This document shows, piece by piece, positions 27,687-36,312 of a stretch of DNA of 53,169 nucleotides; position 1 is the first letter of the stretch, and the number at the start of each line of letters is the position of its first letter. The translations under genes were made by a program, and so were the position numbers. The stretch lies in NCBI GenBank assembly GCA_002441305.1, contig DJVT01000001.1, positions 2,328 to 55,496 of the forward strand, given 5' to 3'. The notes beneath the pieces are model-generated. The model did not search any database, had not been told where the DNA came from, and was given only the letters and a program-made list of their open reading frames with translations. Source of the DNA: Candidatus Omnitrophica bacterium UBA6249 (GTDB taxonomy: Bacteria > Omnitrophota > Gorgyraeia > Gygaellales > Profunditerraquicolaceae).

Positions 27687-28031
27687 ATGTTGCAATTTCT
27701 GGTAAGATGGGGTATTAATGCGTTTTCTCTTTTTATCGTTGCGCATATTGTTAAGGGTATAGAGGTATCCAGTACTTTAGCCGTGCTTGCTATCGCCCTG
27801 GTGCTAGGCGTAATCAATGCCCTCTTGAGGCCTTTGATTATCCTGGTTACCCTGCCGATCAATGTGCTTACCCTGGGGGTATTCACTCTTTTTATCAACG
27901 GGGCGTTGTTCCTGCTTGCTTCCAAGATAGTCAAAGGTTTCTTGATTACCGGTTTTTGGCCGGCTTTCTGGGGCTACATAATTTTCAGCATCATAAGTTT
28001 CCTGTTGAGTTTATTGACCCTTTCTGCCTGA
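27687..28031 (+). CDS. PF04020-type ('phage holin 4_2'/DUF360) membrane protein
   Basis: 114 aa, 4 TM, GV.NA..RP....LTLP...LTLG.F pattern. Confidence 0.7.
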   Translation: MLQFLVRWGINAFSLFIVAHIVKGIEVSSTLAVLAIALVLGVINALLRPLIILVTLPINVLTLGVFTLFINGALFLLASKIVKGFLITGFWPAFWGYIIFSIISFLLSLLTLSA

Positions 28032-28042
28032 GAGGCGCGCAT

Positions 28043-28795
28043 ATGTCAGAATATTATACCGCACGGCGTTCAAGGAATTTATACGAACCGCATAGCAGCG
28101 CTCCTTTTAAATTAAGCCGTTCGAAGATAGAACTTTACATGCAATGCCCGAGATGCTTTTATTTAGACAGGAGGCTGGGGGTAGGCAGGCCGCCCAGCCC
28201 GCCCTATACCCTGAACAGCGCGGTAGACGCCCTGCTTAAGAAGGAGTTCGATTCATTCAGGGAAAGAGGAGAGGCGCATCCGTTGATGAAGAGTCATGCC
28301 CTGGACGCCGTACCCGCCAGGCATCCCATGCTGGAGGAATGGCGCAATAACTTTAAGGGAGTGCAGTACCATCATGAACCGACAAACTTGCTTATTTTCG
28401 GCGCGATTGACGACCTGTGGAAGACTCCGGGCGGAGAATATATCGTGGTAGATTATAAATCGACGAGTAAAAACGAGGAGATAAAAGCTCTCGACAAAGA
28501 CTGGCATGACGCTTATAAGCGCCAGATGGAGATATACCAGTGGCTTCTAAGGCGTAACGGCTTGAATGTTTCGGGAAAGGGGTATTTTATTTATTGCAAT
28601 GGCAACGCGGGGCTGGATAAATTCGATTCCCGGCTGGAATTCGATATGTCATTGATAGCTTATGAAGGAAAAGACGGTTGGGTTGAAAAGGTGATAGCGG
28701 ATATGCACCGGTGTTTGAATTCCGAAGTTCCGCCTCCGGAAGGCTTAAACTGTGATTTTTGCGCTTACCGCCGCGCGGCGAAAGAAGTTTTGTAA
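28043..28795 (+). CDS. Stand-alone Cas4/RecB-like PD-(D/E)XK nuclease with Cys cluster
   Basis: N-terminal CPRC, IDD...VVDYKS (D...(D/E)xK), QMEIYQWL (QxxxY), C-terminal C-x13-CDFC. Confidence 0.7.
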   Translation: MSEYYTARRSRNLYEPHSSAPFKLSRSKIELYMQCPRCFYLDRRLGVGRPPSPPYTLNSAVDALLKKEFDSFRERGEAHPLMKSHALDAVPARHPMLEEWRNNFKGVQYHHEPTNLLIFGAIDDLWKTPGGEYIVVDYKSTSKNEEIKALDKDWHDAYKRQMEIYQWLLRRNGLNVSGKGYFIYCNGNAGLDKFDSRLEFDMSLIAYEGKDGWVEKVIADMHRCLNSEVPPPEGLNCDFCAYRRAAKEVL

Positions 28796-28808
28796 AGAAA
28801 GGAGAGCC

Positions 28809-29369
28809 ATGAAAAGAGCCTGGGTTTTGTTTTTTACGTTGTTTTTGCTGGGGGGATGTTCGACGACCACGGTTTCAAGCCTCGTAGCGCATAACAACAT
28901 GAACATGATGCATCTTTGCCGCGGAATGAGCAAGGCCAGGGCCTTGTCGGTGATGAAGCCGGGGGTGAGGACTTGCTGCTGCGAAAAGTCCTCCCGGGGA
29001 TGTTCGAAGGTCACGGTAAGCAATCCTTCTCATACGGAAATAGTGGAGGTTTCGGGAAAGACTTTTGAGGTAGTGTATTATCTTGCCGGTTTGAAAGGCG
29101 CGGATTGTTCTATCGGAGAGGATGATATGGTCCCGCTGGTTTTTGAAAGCAACAAGCTTATCGGGTGGGGAAAAAAATTCCTGGATTCTTTGATGGGGGA
29201 GGAAAAGAGCGGGCCTTCCGCCGGACAGGCAGCAGGAACAGTCAAAACTGCCCCTTCTTCGGGGGGAGAGGCATTGCAGGATAGCTCCGCAATGGAGGCA
29301 GGCAAGGCTGAGACTATACAGGCTATCCAGGAAGCAATGAAGAAGGTGGAAACGGAACAAGGGAAATAG
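28809..29369 (+). CDS. Lipoprotein (BamE/DUF3192-like core)
   Basis: Lipobox LLGGC. ...VVYYL....G...EDDMVPLVFESNKLIGWG core, then a low-complexity tail. Confidence 0.55.
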   Translation: MKRAWVLFFTLFLLGGCSTTTVSSLVAHNNMNMMHLCRGMSKARALSVMKPGVRTCCCEKSSRGCSKVTVSNPSHTEIVEVSGKTFEVVYYLAGLKGADCSIGEDDMVPLVFESNKLIGWGKKFLDSLMGEEKSGPSAGQAAGTVKTAPSSGGEALQDSSAMEAGKAETIQAIQEAMKKVETEQGK

Positions 29370-29397
29370 CGCTCCGGGGGTTGTCAAATTTTTATAC

Positions 29398-29425
29398 TTG
29401 ACAAAAGCGGGGATTGTGTTATATT
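29398..29425 (+). promoter_or_regulatory. Promoter of the first Fur-family gene
   Basis: TTGACA, 16-nt spacer, TGtTATATT (extended -10). TTGTCAA (29381-87) and TTGACAA (29398-404) also form an inverted repeat. Confidence 0.45.
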
Positions 29426-29431
29426 TGAAAG

Positions 29432-29446
29432 TGAAAACCATTTTCA
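29432..29446 (+). promoter_or_regulatory. Palindromic operator candidate TGAAAA-CCA-TTTTCA
   Basis: Perfect 6-3-6 palindrome between the -10 and the ATG of the Fur-family gene. Related to the palindrome at 29979-29997. Confidence 0.45.
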
Positions 29447-29479
29447 ATAACTGCAGGACAGTTTCAAAAGGGGAATGAT

Positions 29480-29956
29480 ATGCCGATGAGGAATTGCCGC
29501 GGCCAGGGCTGGTGGCACGGGAAATTCAGAGGGTGTGGTTACAGGCTTACTGTAGGCAGGGAAGCCATACTTGACCTTCTTTCCGGGGGAAAGGGACACC
29601 TTAGCGCGGAGGATATATACCTTAAGATACATGCGCGTTATCCCAACGTCGGGCTCACTACGGTTTACCGCACCCTGGATGTTCTATCCGGGCTAGGCAT
29701 GGTGCATAAGTTTGATTTCGGAGACGGCAGGGCCCGTTATGAATTGGCGCAGGGGCCCAAAGGGGAGCATCCTCACCACCATCATTTGGTCTGTACCTCA
29801 TGCAACAGGGTAATAGACTACACGGATTTCATAGATGACGAGGTTGAACTTTTAAGGAGAACGGAGAAGGGGCTGGGAGAGAAATATAATTTTAAGATCA
29901 CAAGCCATGTCATTCAGTTCTACGGCTTATGCGCTAAGTGCAGGGAGAACAAATAA
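29480..29956 (+). CDS. Fur-family transcriptional regulator with a Cys-containing N-terminal extension
   Basis: R.T..R..IL..L.....HLSAEDIY, TVYRTLD, HHHHL.C..C, C..C motifs. Extra N-terminus MPMRNCRGQGWWHGKFRGC. Confidence 0.85.
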   Translation: MPMRNCRGQGWWHGKFRGCGYRLTVGREAILDLLSGGKGHLSAEDIYLKIHARYPNVGLTTVYRTLDVLSGLGMVHKFDFGDGRARYELAQGPKGEHPHHHHLVCTSCNRVIDYTDFIDDEVELLRRTEKGLGEKYNFKITSHVIQFYGLCAKCRENK

Positions 29957-29978
29957 AGAGTATATTTTTTTAACTTGT

Positions 29979-29997
29979 AATGGAAATAGTTTCCATT
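29979..29997 (+). promoter_or_regulatory. Palindromic operator candidate AATGGAAA-TAG-TTTCCATT
   Basis: Perfect 8-3-8 palindrome 19 nt before the DUF5320 start. Shares the G(G/A)AAA-N3-TTT(C/T)C core with 29432-29446. Confidence 0.4.
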
Positions 29998-30015
29998 AAT
30001 AAAAAGGAGGTTGAT

Positions 30016-30354
30016 ATGCCGCGTTTTGACGGAAGCGGCCCGATGGGGTTTGGGCCGATGACAGGAGGGGGAAGAGGATATTGTGTTTCGGGCCCTAAGA
30101 GTGAAGGGGCGAGGTATTTTGGCAGGCGCGGAAACTCGGCGGCGGGTGGAGGAAGAGGGTTCAGGAATTGCTTTTACGCTACAGGACTGCCGGGCTGGAT
30201 AAGGCAGCAAAGAGGCATGCAGGCTTTTGGCGCAGGTGCGCCTGTTTCCTTGTCCTCAGAAGAGGAGTCCTCTGCGCTTAAAAGCCGCGAGGATTACCTT
30301 AAAGCCGAACTGGAAGCCGTCCAGTCTCGTTTACAGAACCTGCAGGACAAATAA
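30016..30354 (+). CDS. DUF5320-family protein
   Basis: AGGAGG RBS. MPRFDGSGPMGFGPMTGGGRGYC N-terminus and a C-terminal coiled coil, typical of DUF5320. Confidence 0.7.
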   Translation: MPRFDGSGPMGFGPMTGGGRGYCVSGPKSEGARYFGRRGNSAAGGGRGFRNCFYATGLPGWIRQQRGMQAFGAGAPVSLSSEEESSALKSREDYLKAELEAVQSRLQNLQDK

Positions 30355-30370
30355 GAAAGGAGCTTGTAAG

Positions 30371-30748
30371 ATGAAGGTGGGAGTAGTCTTGGAAGATGAA
30401 AACGGATTGAACAGCAACGTGTGCGCGCATTTCGGGCAGTGTAAGTTTTTCCTCCTGGCGGATATCGATGAGGGGAGCAGGAAGATAACCGCTACGCGGG
30501 TGGTGCCGAATACCTCCGTGCACGGCGGAGGGGGATGCGTCGCGGTAGACGAAATATTGCAGTATGGCATAACTCATGTCATTGCCGGAGGAATGGGCAT
30601 GGGGGCCCAGGCGAAATTAGCCCAGGCCGGGGTAAAGGTATTCGGGTCATGCGGAAACGTGCAGAAAGCGGTCGAGGATTTAATGAATAATACCCTGGGA
30701 GGGCTTGATGCCTGCGAGAGCCACGGGGAATCCGGTTCCTGCCATTAA
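30371..30748 (+). CDS. NifB/NifX-like (dinitrogenase FeMo-cofactor-binding fold) protein
   Basis: V..HFG....F......... ...G......L...G...VI.G.MG..A pattern. Cys-rich tail CESHGESGSCH. Confidence 0.75.
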   Translation: MKVGVVLEDENGLNSNVCAHFGQCKFFLLADIDEGSRKITATRVVPNTSVHGGGGCVAVDEILQYGITHVIAGGMGMGAQAKLAQAGVKVFGSCGNVQKAVEDLMNNTLGGLDACESHGESGSCH

Positions 30749-30763
30749 GAAGGGAGAGTCGAT

Positions 30764-31135
30764 ATGAAGATATGTATTACTTCTGCGGGAGAAACCCTGG
30801 ATTCAGCGGTTGACCCTCGTTTCGGGCGGTGCGCATACTTTATTTTCCTGGATACCGATACGGGGAATTTCCAGGCTCGCAATAACCCGAACGCGGAGTT
30901 CCAGGGGGGCGCGGGGATACAATCCGGCCAGCTTATGGCCGCAGAGGGAGTGAGCGCCGTCATCACGGGGAATATAGGGCCTAATGCACACCAGGTGCTT
31001 TCGGCATCCGGTATAGATATTTTTACCGGAGTCTGCGGTACGGTAAAAGAAGCCATAGAAGGATATAAGGCCGGGAAATATAAGCCTGCCAGTGCTCCGA
31101 ATACCGGGGCAAAATCCGGGATGCGGGAAAAATAA
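30764..31135 (+). CDS. NifB/NifX-like protein (paralogue)
   Basis: D.RFGR..YF...D...........GAG......L...GV..VI.GN.GP.A pattern. Confidence 0.8.
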   Translation: MKICITSAGETLDSAVDPRFGRCAYFIFLDTDTGNFQARNNPNAEFQGGAGIQSGQLMAAEGVSAVITGNIGPNAHQVLSASGIDIFTGVCGTVKEAIEGYKAGKYKPASAPNTGAKSGMREK

Positions 31136-31151
31136 ACCTCATGCATACAGG

Positions 31152-31787
31152 ATGAAAACACCTGCCAAAACGGATAATAAAGCCGCGCTTAATTACGAAC
31201 GTTACCTGGAAAGGATAAACTTTTACCGAAGCTTTGGTTATGACCTGGAAAAGGAAAGGGAGATCCTTCTTGATAAGTCCCTGCCCGTATCCGGGAAGAT
31301 ACTGGAGATCGGCACGGGAAAAGGCCACTTTGCCCTCGCTTTGGCAAAACGGGGCTCATATTTTGTAAGTATCGATATTTCCGCTTCCTCCCAGCATATA
31401 GCAGAAATGAACCTGCGCCATCTTGGGTTGAAGAAATATGCCAATTTAAGGATAATGGATGCCCGGAATATGGATTTTCCCGGAGAGAGCTTCGATGCGG
31501 TGTTTTCGGTGAATGTTTTCCATCACCTGGAGAGGCCATCGGAGGTCCTGGGCGAGGTAATCCGCGTCTTGAAGCCCGGGGGAAGAGTGATCTTAAGCGA
31601 TTTTAATGCCAGGGGAATGCGCCTGATTAATGCCTGCCATTCCTACGAGGGGCATAACCATGATTTTTCCAGGCAGGGGTTGAGCAGGGCCGCGGATTAC
31701 CTGTCCCGCCGGAATTTTCAAATCAAACAATACGAAAGCGAAGCCCAGCATATAATTATCGCCAGAGACAAAACAAAGAAAAAATGA
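31152..31787 (+). CDS. Class I SAM-dependent methyltransferase
   Basis: ILEIGTGKG motif I, LKPGG motif. The start codon is uncertain. Confidence 0.7.
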   Translation: MKTPAKTDNKAALNYERYLERINFYRSFGYDLEKEREILLDKSLPVSGKILEIGTGKGHFALALAKRGSYFVSIDISASSQHIAEMNLRHLGLKKYANLRIMDARNMDFPGESFDAVFSVNVFHHLERPSEVLGEVIRVLKPGGRVILSDFNARGMRLINACHSYEGHNHDFSRQGLSRAADYLSRRNFQIKQYESEAQHIIIARDKTKKK

Positions 31788-32653
31788 TTATTTCCATTGC
31801 CAGCGGAAAGGGAGGCACGGGCAAGACGACCGTGTCACTGAATCTCGCCCTTTCTTTAAACAACCCTCAGTTTCTTGATTGCGACGTGGAAGAGCCTAAC
31901 GCGCATTTGTTCCTCAAGCCTTCTATTGTTTCGAGCGAGACGGTATCTGTCCCGGTCCCCGAAGTCGATGAGTCGAAATGTACTTTTTGCGGGAAATGCG
32001 CCGAAGTCTGCGCCTATCACGCTATCGCGGTCATCCCTTCCGGGGAAAGAAGCAGAGGGAAGGTGCTGGTTTTTCCGAATTTATGCCATGGCTGCGGTTC
32101 CTGCGGATTGTTGTGCCCTTGCGGCGCGATCAAAGAAGCCCCCCGTAATATCGGAACGGTGGAGAGAGGGGTAAAAGGAGGCATCGATTTTATCCACGGC
32201 AGCCTGAATGTCGGGGAGGCGATGTCCGTGCCTTTGATCCGCAGGGTCAAGGAACATATCGAGTCCGGGAAGGACGTAGTCATCGATGCCCCTCCGGGCA
32301 CTTCCTGCCCGATGATCGCTGCGGTCAAAGGCAGCGATTTTTGTATCCTGGTAAGCGAGCCTACGCCGTTCGGCTTAAACGATTTTGTCCTGGCGGTGGA
32401 GGTGTTGAGGAAGCTTAAACTGCCTTTTGGAGCGGTAATCAACCGTTCGGATATCGGAGATTCTTCTCTTGAGGATTACTGCGGAAAAGAGGAAATCCCG
32501 GTTTTAATGCGTATTCCTTTCAGCAGGAAAATAGCCGAGGCTTATTCCCGGGGAGAGATAGGCGATCCGGTTTTTCAGGAGCTGAGAAATGATTTTCGCG
32601 GCATGCATGAACGCATACGCGGTCTTTCGGCAAAGGGAGGACGCCCTGCATGA
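31784..32653 (+). CDS. MinD/ParA/CooC-like P-loop ATPase with inserted 2x[4Fe-4S] ferredoxin domain
   Basis: SGKGGTGKTT deviant Walker A, CTFCGKCAEVC and CHGCGSCGLLCPCGAI clusters, DAPPG. ATGA overlap with the upstream gene. Confidence 0.85.
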   Translation: MIISIASGKGGTGKTTVSLNLALSLNNPQFLDCDVEEPNAHLFLKPSIVSSETVSVPVPEVDESKCTFCGKCAEVCAYHAIAVIPSGERSRGKVLVFPNLCHGCGSCGLLCPCGAIKEAPRNIGTVERGVKGGIDFIHGSLNVGEAMSVPLIRRVKEHIESGKDVVIDAPPGTSCPMIAAVKGSDFCILVSEPTPFGLNDFVLAVEVLRKLKLPFGAVINRSDIGDSSLEDYCGKEEIPVLMRIPFSRKIAEAYSRGEIGDPVFQELRNDFRGMHERIRGLSAKGGRPA

Positions 32654-33009
32654 TATCAAAGAAAGCTAAAAATAATTTTCTTGGCATAAACGGCAGGCGT
32701 TATAATTGCGCCCAGTCGGTAATCGAAGCCTGCTCCGGATTCCTGGATCTTTCTTGCGCCGACCTGGAGGCGCATGCCGGGCATGGAGGGGGTAGGGCCC
32801 CGGGAGGCTATTGCGGAGCCCTGCACGCGGCGTTATCCATCCTGCAGATTTACAGGCCGGAGAAAGCCGGAGAATTGAAGAAATTCTTCCTGGAGCAGTC
32901 GGGAGCCCTTACCTGTAAGGAGATCAAGTCTGCCGGCAAGACTCCCTGTGTTTCTTGCGTGGAAAATGCCGCCGGATTCCTTGGAATGGTATTCCGGGGG
33001 GAAAAATGA
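32650..33009 (+). CDS. C_GCAxxG_C_C family protein
   Basis: YNCAQSV..C, GYCGALHAA, CVSC arrangement. Confidence 0.7.
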   Translation: MISKKAKNNFLGINGRRYNCAQSVIEACSGFLDLSCADLEAHAGHGGGRAPGGYCGALHAALSILQIYRPEKAGELKKFFLEQSGALTCKEIKSAGKTPCVSCVENAAGFLGMVFRGEK

Positions 33010-33872
33010 AAAAGATAACTATAATCAGCGGCAAGGGCGGTACAGGCAAGACAGTGGTTAGTGCTTCTTTTGCCGCCCTGGCCAGGAATAAGATTATGGT
33101 AGACTGCGACGTGGACGCGGCGGACCTGCATTTAATCCTGCATCCGCGGGTGAGGGAAAGGCATGAATTCAGCGGCGGTTCGAGCGCAGCCGTCGACAAG
33201 GGTATTTGCGTAAGGTGCGGAAAGTGCCTTTCCGTATGCAGATTTTCTGCGGTCAGCCCGGATTTTGATATCGAAGGTTTTTCATGCGAGGGCTGCGGGC
33301 TTTGCGCGCGCCTTTGCCCTTCCGGGGCGATACGCATGGTAAAAAATGTTTCCGGGGAGTGGTTTGTTTCGGATACCGCATACGGCCCTTTAGTGCATGC
33401 CCGCCTTGGGGCGGCGGAGGAGAATTCCGGGAAACTGGTCTCGAAGATCAGGGAGCGCGCGGAGGAGATGGCGCAAAAAGAAGGGTTCGATTATGTAATT
33501 GCCGACGGCCCTCCGGGGATAGGCTGCCCGGTAATCGCTTCCCTCTCCGGAGCCGACCTGGCTTTGATCGTCACGGAACCTACCCTTTCCGGCCTGCATG
33601 ATGCCGCCAGGGTTATAAAAACCGCAAAACAGCTGAAGGTTCCGTTAAGGCTTGCCGTAAACAAATACGATTTAAATCCCTCCATGTCGGAGGAGATCGA
33701 AAGATACTGTTCCGGAGAATCGGTTCCGCTTTGCGCAAAGATTCCTTTTGACAGGAGGGTGGTGGAGTCGGTGCTTGAAGGAAAACCAGCGGCGGAATTG
33801 ACCGGGTGCGCGGCGGCCGAGGAGATCCGCAGGATTTGGCATGAGCTGGAAACAACGCTGAGAGGAGGATAG
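33006..33872 (+). CDS. MinD/ParA/CooC-like P-loop ATPase with inserted 2x[4Fe-4S] ferredoxin domain (paralogue)
   Basis: SGKGGTGKTV, CVRCGKCLSVC, CEGCGLCARLCPSGAI, DGPPG. ATGA overlap. Confidence 0.85.
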   Translation: MKKITIISGKGGTGKTVVSASFAALARNKIMVDCDVDAADLHLILHPRVRERHEFSGGSSAAVDKGICVRCGKCLSVCRFSAVSPDFDIEGFSCEGCGLCARLCPSGAIRMVKNVSGEWFVSDTAYGPLVHARLGAAEENSGKLVSKIRERAEEMAQKEGFDYVIADGPPGIGCPVIASLSGADLALIVTEPTLSGLHDAARVIKTAKQLKVPLRLAVNKYDLNPSMSEEIERYCSGESVPLCAKIPFDRRVVESVLEGKPAAELTGCAAAEEIRRIWHELETTLRGG

Positions 33873-34658
33873 GTGGAGCAATCCGATAAATTGAATGCAA
33901 AACATTGTTTAGTGGTGATGAGCGGTAAAGGGGGCGTGGGCAAAACTACGGTGGCGGTCAACCTGGCGCAGTCCCTTTCTCTTTTAGGCAAAAAAACGGG
34001 TTTATTGGACGTTGATTTGCACGGGCCGAATATCGCAAAGATGCTCGGCATAGAGAGCCGTAGGATGCAGATTTCTGAATCCGGCATAATACCGGTAGAA
34101 GTGAACAGAAACCTTAAAGCAGTCAGCATCGCTTTATCCGGGAATAACCCTGATCAGCCGATTATTTGGAGAGGCCCGGCCAAGTCAACGGTTATCCGCC
34201 AGTTCCTTGAGGAAGTGCAATGGGGGGCATTGGATTATTTGATCATCGATTCGCCTCCCGGTACGGGAGATGAACCGTTGAGCGTCTGCCAGATGGCTCC
34301 GCGCCTGGACGGGGTAATTATAGTGACTACGCCTCAGGATGTGGCTGTGCTGGATGCGCGCAAGAGCGTTTTGTTTGCCAGGGAGATCAAAGTCCCGGTG
34401 GCCGGAATTATCGAGAATATGAGCGGTTTTGTCTGTCCGCATTGCCGGAAGGATCTGGATATTTTCAAGAAGGGGGAAGGACGGAAAGCGGCGGAGGATT
34501 TGAATGTTCCGTTTTTAGGAAGCGTGCCGTTCTGCGCGGAGTTCGTTGATTCTGCGGACAGGGGAATTCCTTTTGCCATGTCTTCGGGCGAAACGGCAGG
34601 CTCGGAGCCCTTCATGAAGATAGTGGAAGGGATAAGAAAGTTTACCGGAGACGCCTGA
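33873..34658 (+). CDS. Mrp/NBP35/ApbC-family Fe-S cluster carrier ATPase (GTG start)
   Basis: SGKGGVGKTT, DSPPGTGDE, CPHC motifs. Confidence 0.85.
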   Translation: MEQSDKLNAKHCLVVMSGKGGVGKTTVAVNLAQSLSLLGKKTGLLDVDLHGPNIAKMLGIESRRMQISESGIIPVEVNRNLKAVSIALSGNNPDQPIIWRGPAKSTVIRQFLEEVQWGALDYLIIDSPPGTGDEPLSVCQMAPRLDGVIIVTTPQDVAVLDARKSVLFAREIKVPVAGIIENMSGFVCPHCRKDLDIFKKGEGRKAAEDLNVPFLGSVPFCAEFVDSADRGIPFAMSSGETAGSEPFMKIVEGIRKFTGDA

Positions 34659-35569
34659 TGCGTCTTTCTTTGGATTGTATACCTTGTTTTTTCAGGCAGG
34701 CGCTTGAGGGAAGCAGGCTCATCGGGGCGTCTTCAAAGCGGAAGAAGCAGATCCTGGACGAATTTGCCTCCCTGATCCCTTCCATACCGCTCAGCGCCAC
34801 TCCACCCGAGATAGCCAGGCTGGGTTATGGCATTTTAAGAAGGGCAAGCCGGGGCGACCCTTATAAAAGAATAAAGATAAGAAGCAACCGTTTTGCCCTG
34901 AGCCTGCTGGGAAGGCTGAGAAAAAAAGTCTTTTCTTCGCGGGACAGGCTTTTGACTGCCCTGAAGCTTGCTATTGCCGGTAATATCATAGATTTTGGCG
35001 TGAAGAATAACCTGGATATAAGGAATGAATTGAAAAAGATACTCTCCAGGGAGAGCAGAGCGGAACAGCGCAGGGCTTCGGTGTTCCATTATGCGGAGTT
35101 CAAACGCTCCCTTGATTCTTCGGGGAAGATCCTCTATCTTGCGGATAATGCGGGAGAGACTTTGTTTGACCGCATCCTGCTCGAAGAGATAAAAAGGATA
35201 TATCCAGGCAAGGAGGTTCTTTACGCCGTCAAGGAGCGGCCGGTTATCAACGACGCCTTGGTTGAAGACGCGCAGGTATGCGGGGTCGGTAAATTCGCAA
35301 AGATTATCTCCAACGGTTCGGACGCCCCGGGCACGGTGCTTTCTTTGTGCTCGCGGGATTTCAAAAAGGCCTATAAAAACGCGGATATGATAATCAGCAA
35401 AGGCCAAGGCAATTTCGAGTCTCTCTCCGGACAGAGGAGGCCGATTTTCTTTTTATTCATGGTCAAATGCCCGGTTGTAGCCGGGGAATCAGGATGCAGG
35501 ATGGGGGATATCGTATTACTTTATTCTCCGGGAAAAGGGCGCAAAGGCAGCCGGGCGGAGAACAGATGA
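34658..35569 (+). CDS. DUF89 (ARMT1-like damage-control phosphatase) family protein
   Basis: C..C....., LADNAGE..FD, KGQGNFE motifs. TGATG overlap. Confidence 0.75.
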   Translation: MRLSLDCIPCFFRQALEGSRLIGASSKRKKQILDEFASLIPSIPLSATPPEIARLGYGILRRASRGDPYKRIKIRSNRFALSLLGRLRKKVFSSRDRLLTALKLAIAGNIIDFGVKNNLDIRNELKKILSRESRAEQRRASVFHYAEFKRSLDSSGKILYLADNAGETLFDRILLEEIKRIYPGKEVLYAVKERPVINDALVEDAQVCGVGKFAKIISNGSDAPGTVLSLCSRDFKKAYKNADMIISKGQGNFESLSGQRRPIFFLFMVKCPVVAGESGCRMGDIVLLYSPGKGRKGSRAENR

Positions 35570-36279
35570 GGATAAAGGTAATAGCTACGGGTTCCAGCAA
35601 ATGGGAGCGTTTTACGGGAAGGTGGGGGGTTTCTTTTTTAATCGGGGAAGACCTGCTTTTCGATTCTTTCGGAGATGCCGGCGTACTGTTACGGAATATG
35701 CGCAGGTTCGGAGTGGATAGCTCAAAGATAAAGCATCTGGTCCTGTCCCATGAGCATTGGGATCATACCGCGGGAACTTGCGAGATTGTTTCCGGGCGGA
35801 AGGATATTTCTACATATATATGCCCGGGGTTTTGCGAGGAGGCAAAGCAGAAGATCTCTTCCTTTGCCCCATGCCTTATAGAATGCGAAGGGCCTGTTTT
35901 TATAAGAGAAGGTGTGTTCTCTACCGGACAGATGCGGGGTGCCCATGAGGGAGACTGCATTTTTGAGCAGGGGCTGGTCGTAAAATCTCCTTGCGGGCTT
36001 GCCGTTGTCACCGGGTGCGCCCACCCGGGAATAATCAATATCTTGAACAGGGTAAAAGAATTATTCCCGGGAGAGGGGATCGGCTGCGTGTTCGGCGGTT
36101 TTCACCTTAAGGACAGCAAAGAAGGGGAAATTTCGGATATTATTTCCGGGATGCGGGATTTGGGGGTTGCCAGGGTTGCCCCTACGCATTGCACCGGCAG
36201 AAAAGCAACTGAGATGATGCGCAGATCGTTCTGCGGAGGCTTTGTAAAAGTCAGGGAAGGGGAGACCCTGGATTTATAA
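35566..36279 (+). CDS. MBL-fold metallo-hydrolase
   Basis: LSHEHWDHTAG metal motif. ATGA overlap. Confidence 0.75.
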   Translation: MRIKVIATGSSKWERFTGRWGVSFLIGEDLLFDSFGDAGVLLRNMRRFGVDSSKIKHLVLSHEHWDHTAGTCEIVSGRKDISTYICPGFCEEAKQKISSFAPCLIECEGPVFIREGVFSTGQMRGAHEGDCIFEQGLVVKSPCGLAVVTGCAHPGIINILNRVKELFPGEGIGCVFGGFHLKDSKEGEISDIISGMRDLGVARVAPTHCTGRKATEMMRRSFCGGFVKVREGETLDL

Positions 36280-36312
36280 AAATAAAAAATACTTGACAAA
36301 ATGCGGAGATAT

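Noticed and set aside
27687-28031. 'Phage holin' family protein as a sign of a prophage
   Set aside because: There are no capsid, tail, terminase, integrase or lysis-cassette genes nearby and composition is core-like. PF04020-type proteins are common chromosomal membrane proteins.
29980-30015. N-terminal extension MEIVSINKKEVD of the DUF5320 gene
   Set aside because: Its ATG lies inside the 8-3-8 palindrome. The ATG at 30016 has an AGGAGG RBS and gives the canonical MPRFDG... DUF5320 N-terminus.
30371-31135. NifX/NifB-like genes as evidence for nitrogen fixation
   Set aside because: No nifH/D/K/E/N/B is in the window. These small NifX-fold proteins also occur in non-diazotrophs, so only a generic cluster-binding role is inferred.
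33491-34129. 212-aa minus-strand ORF, and similar ones at 17077-17646, 22096-22611, 22644-23243, 34835-35407, 36274-36848 and 43537-44055
   Set aside because: All overlap plus-strand genes that have recognisable family motifs and coupled starts. None has an RBS, a motif or a sensible boundary.
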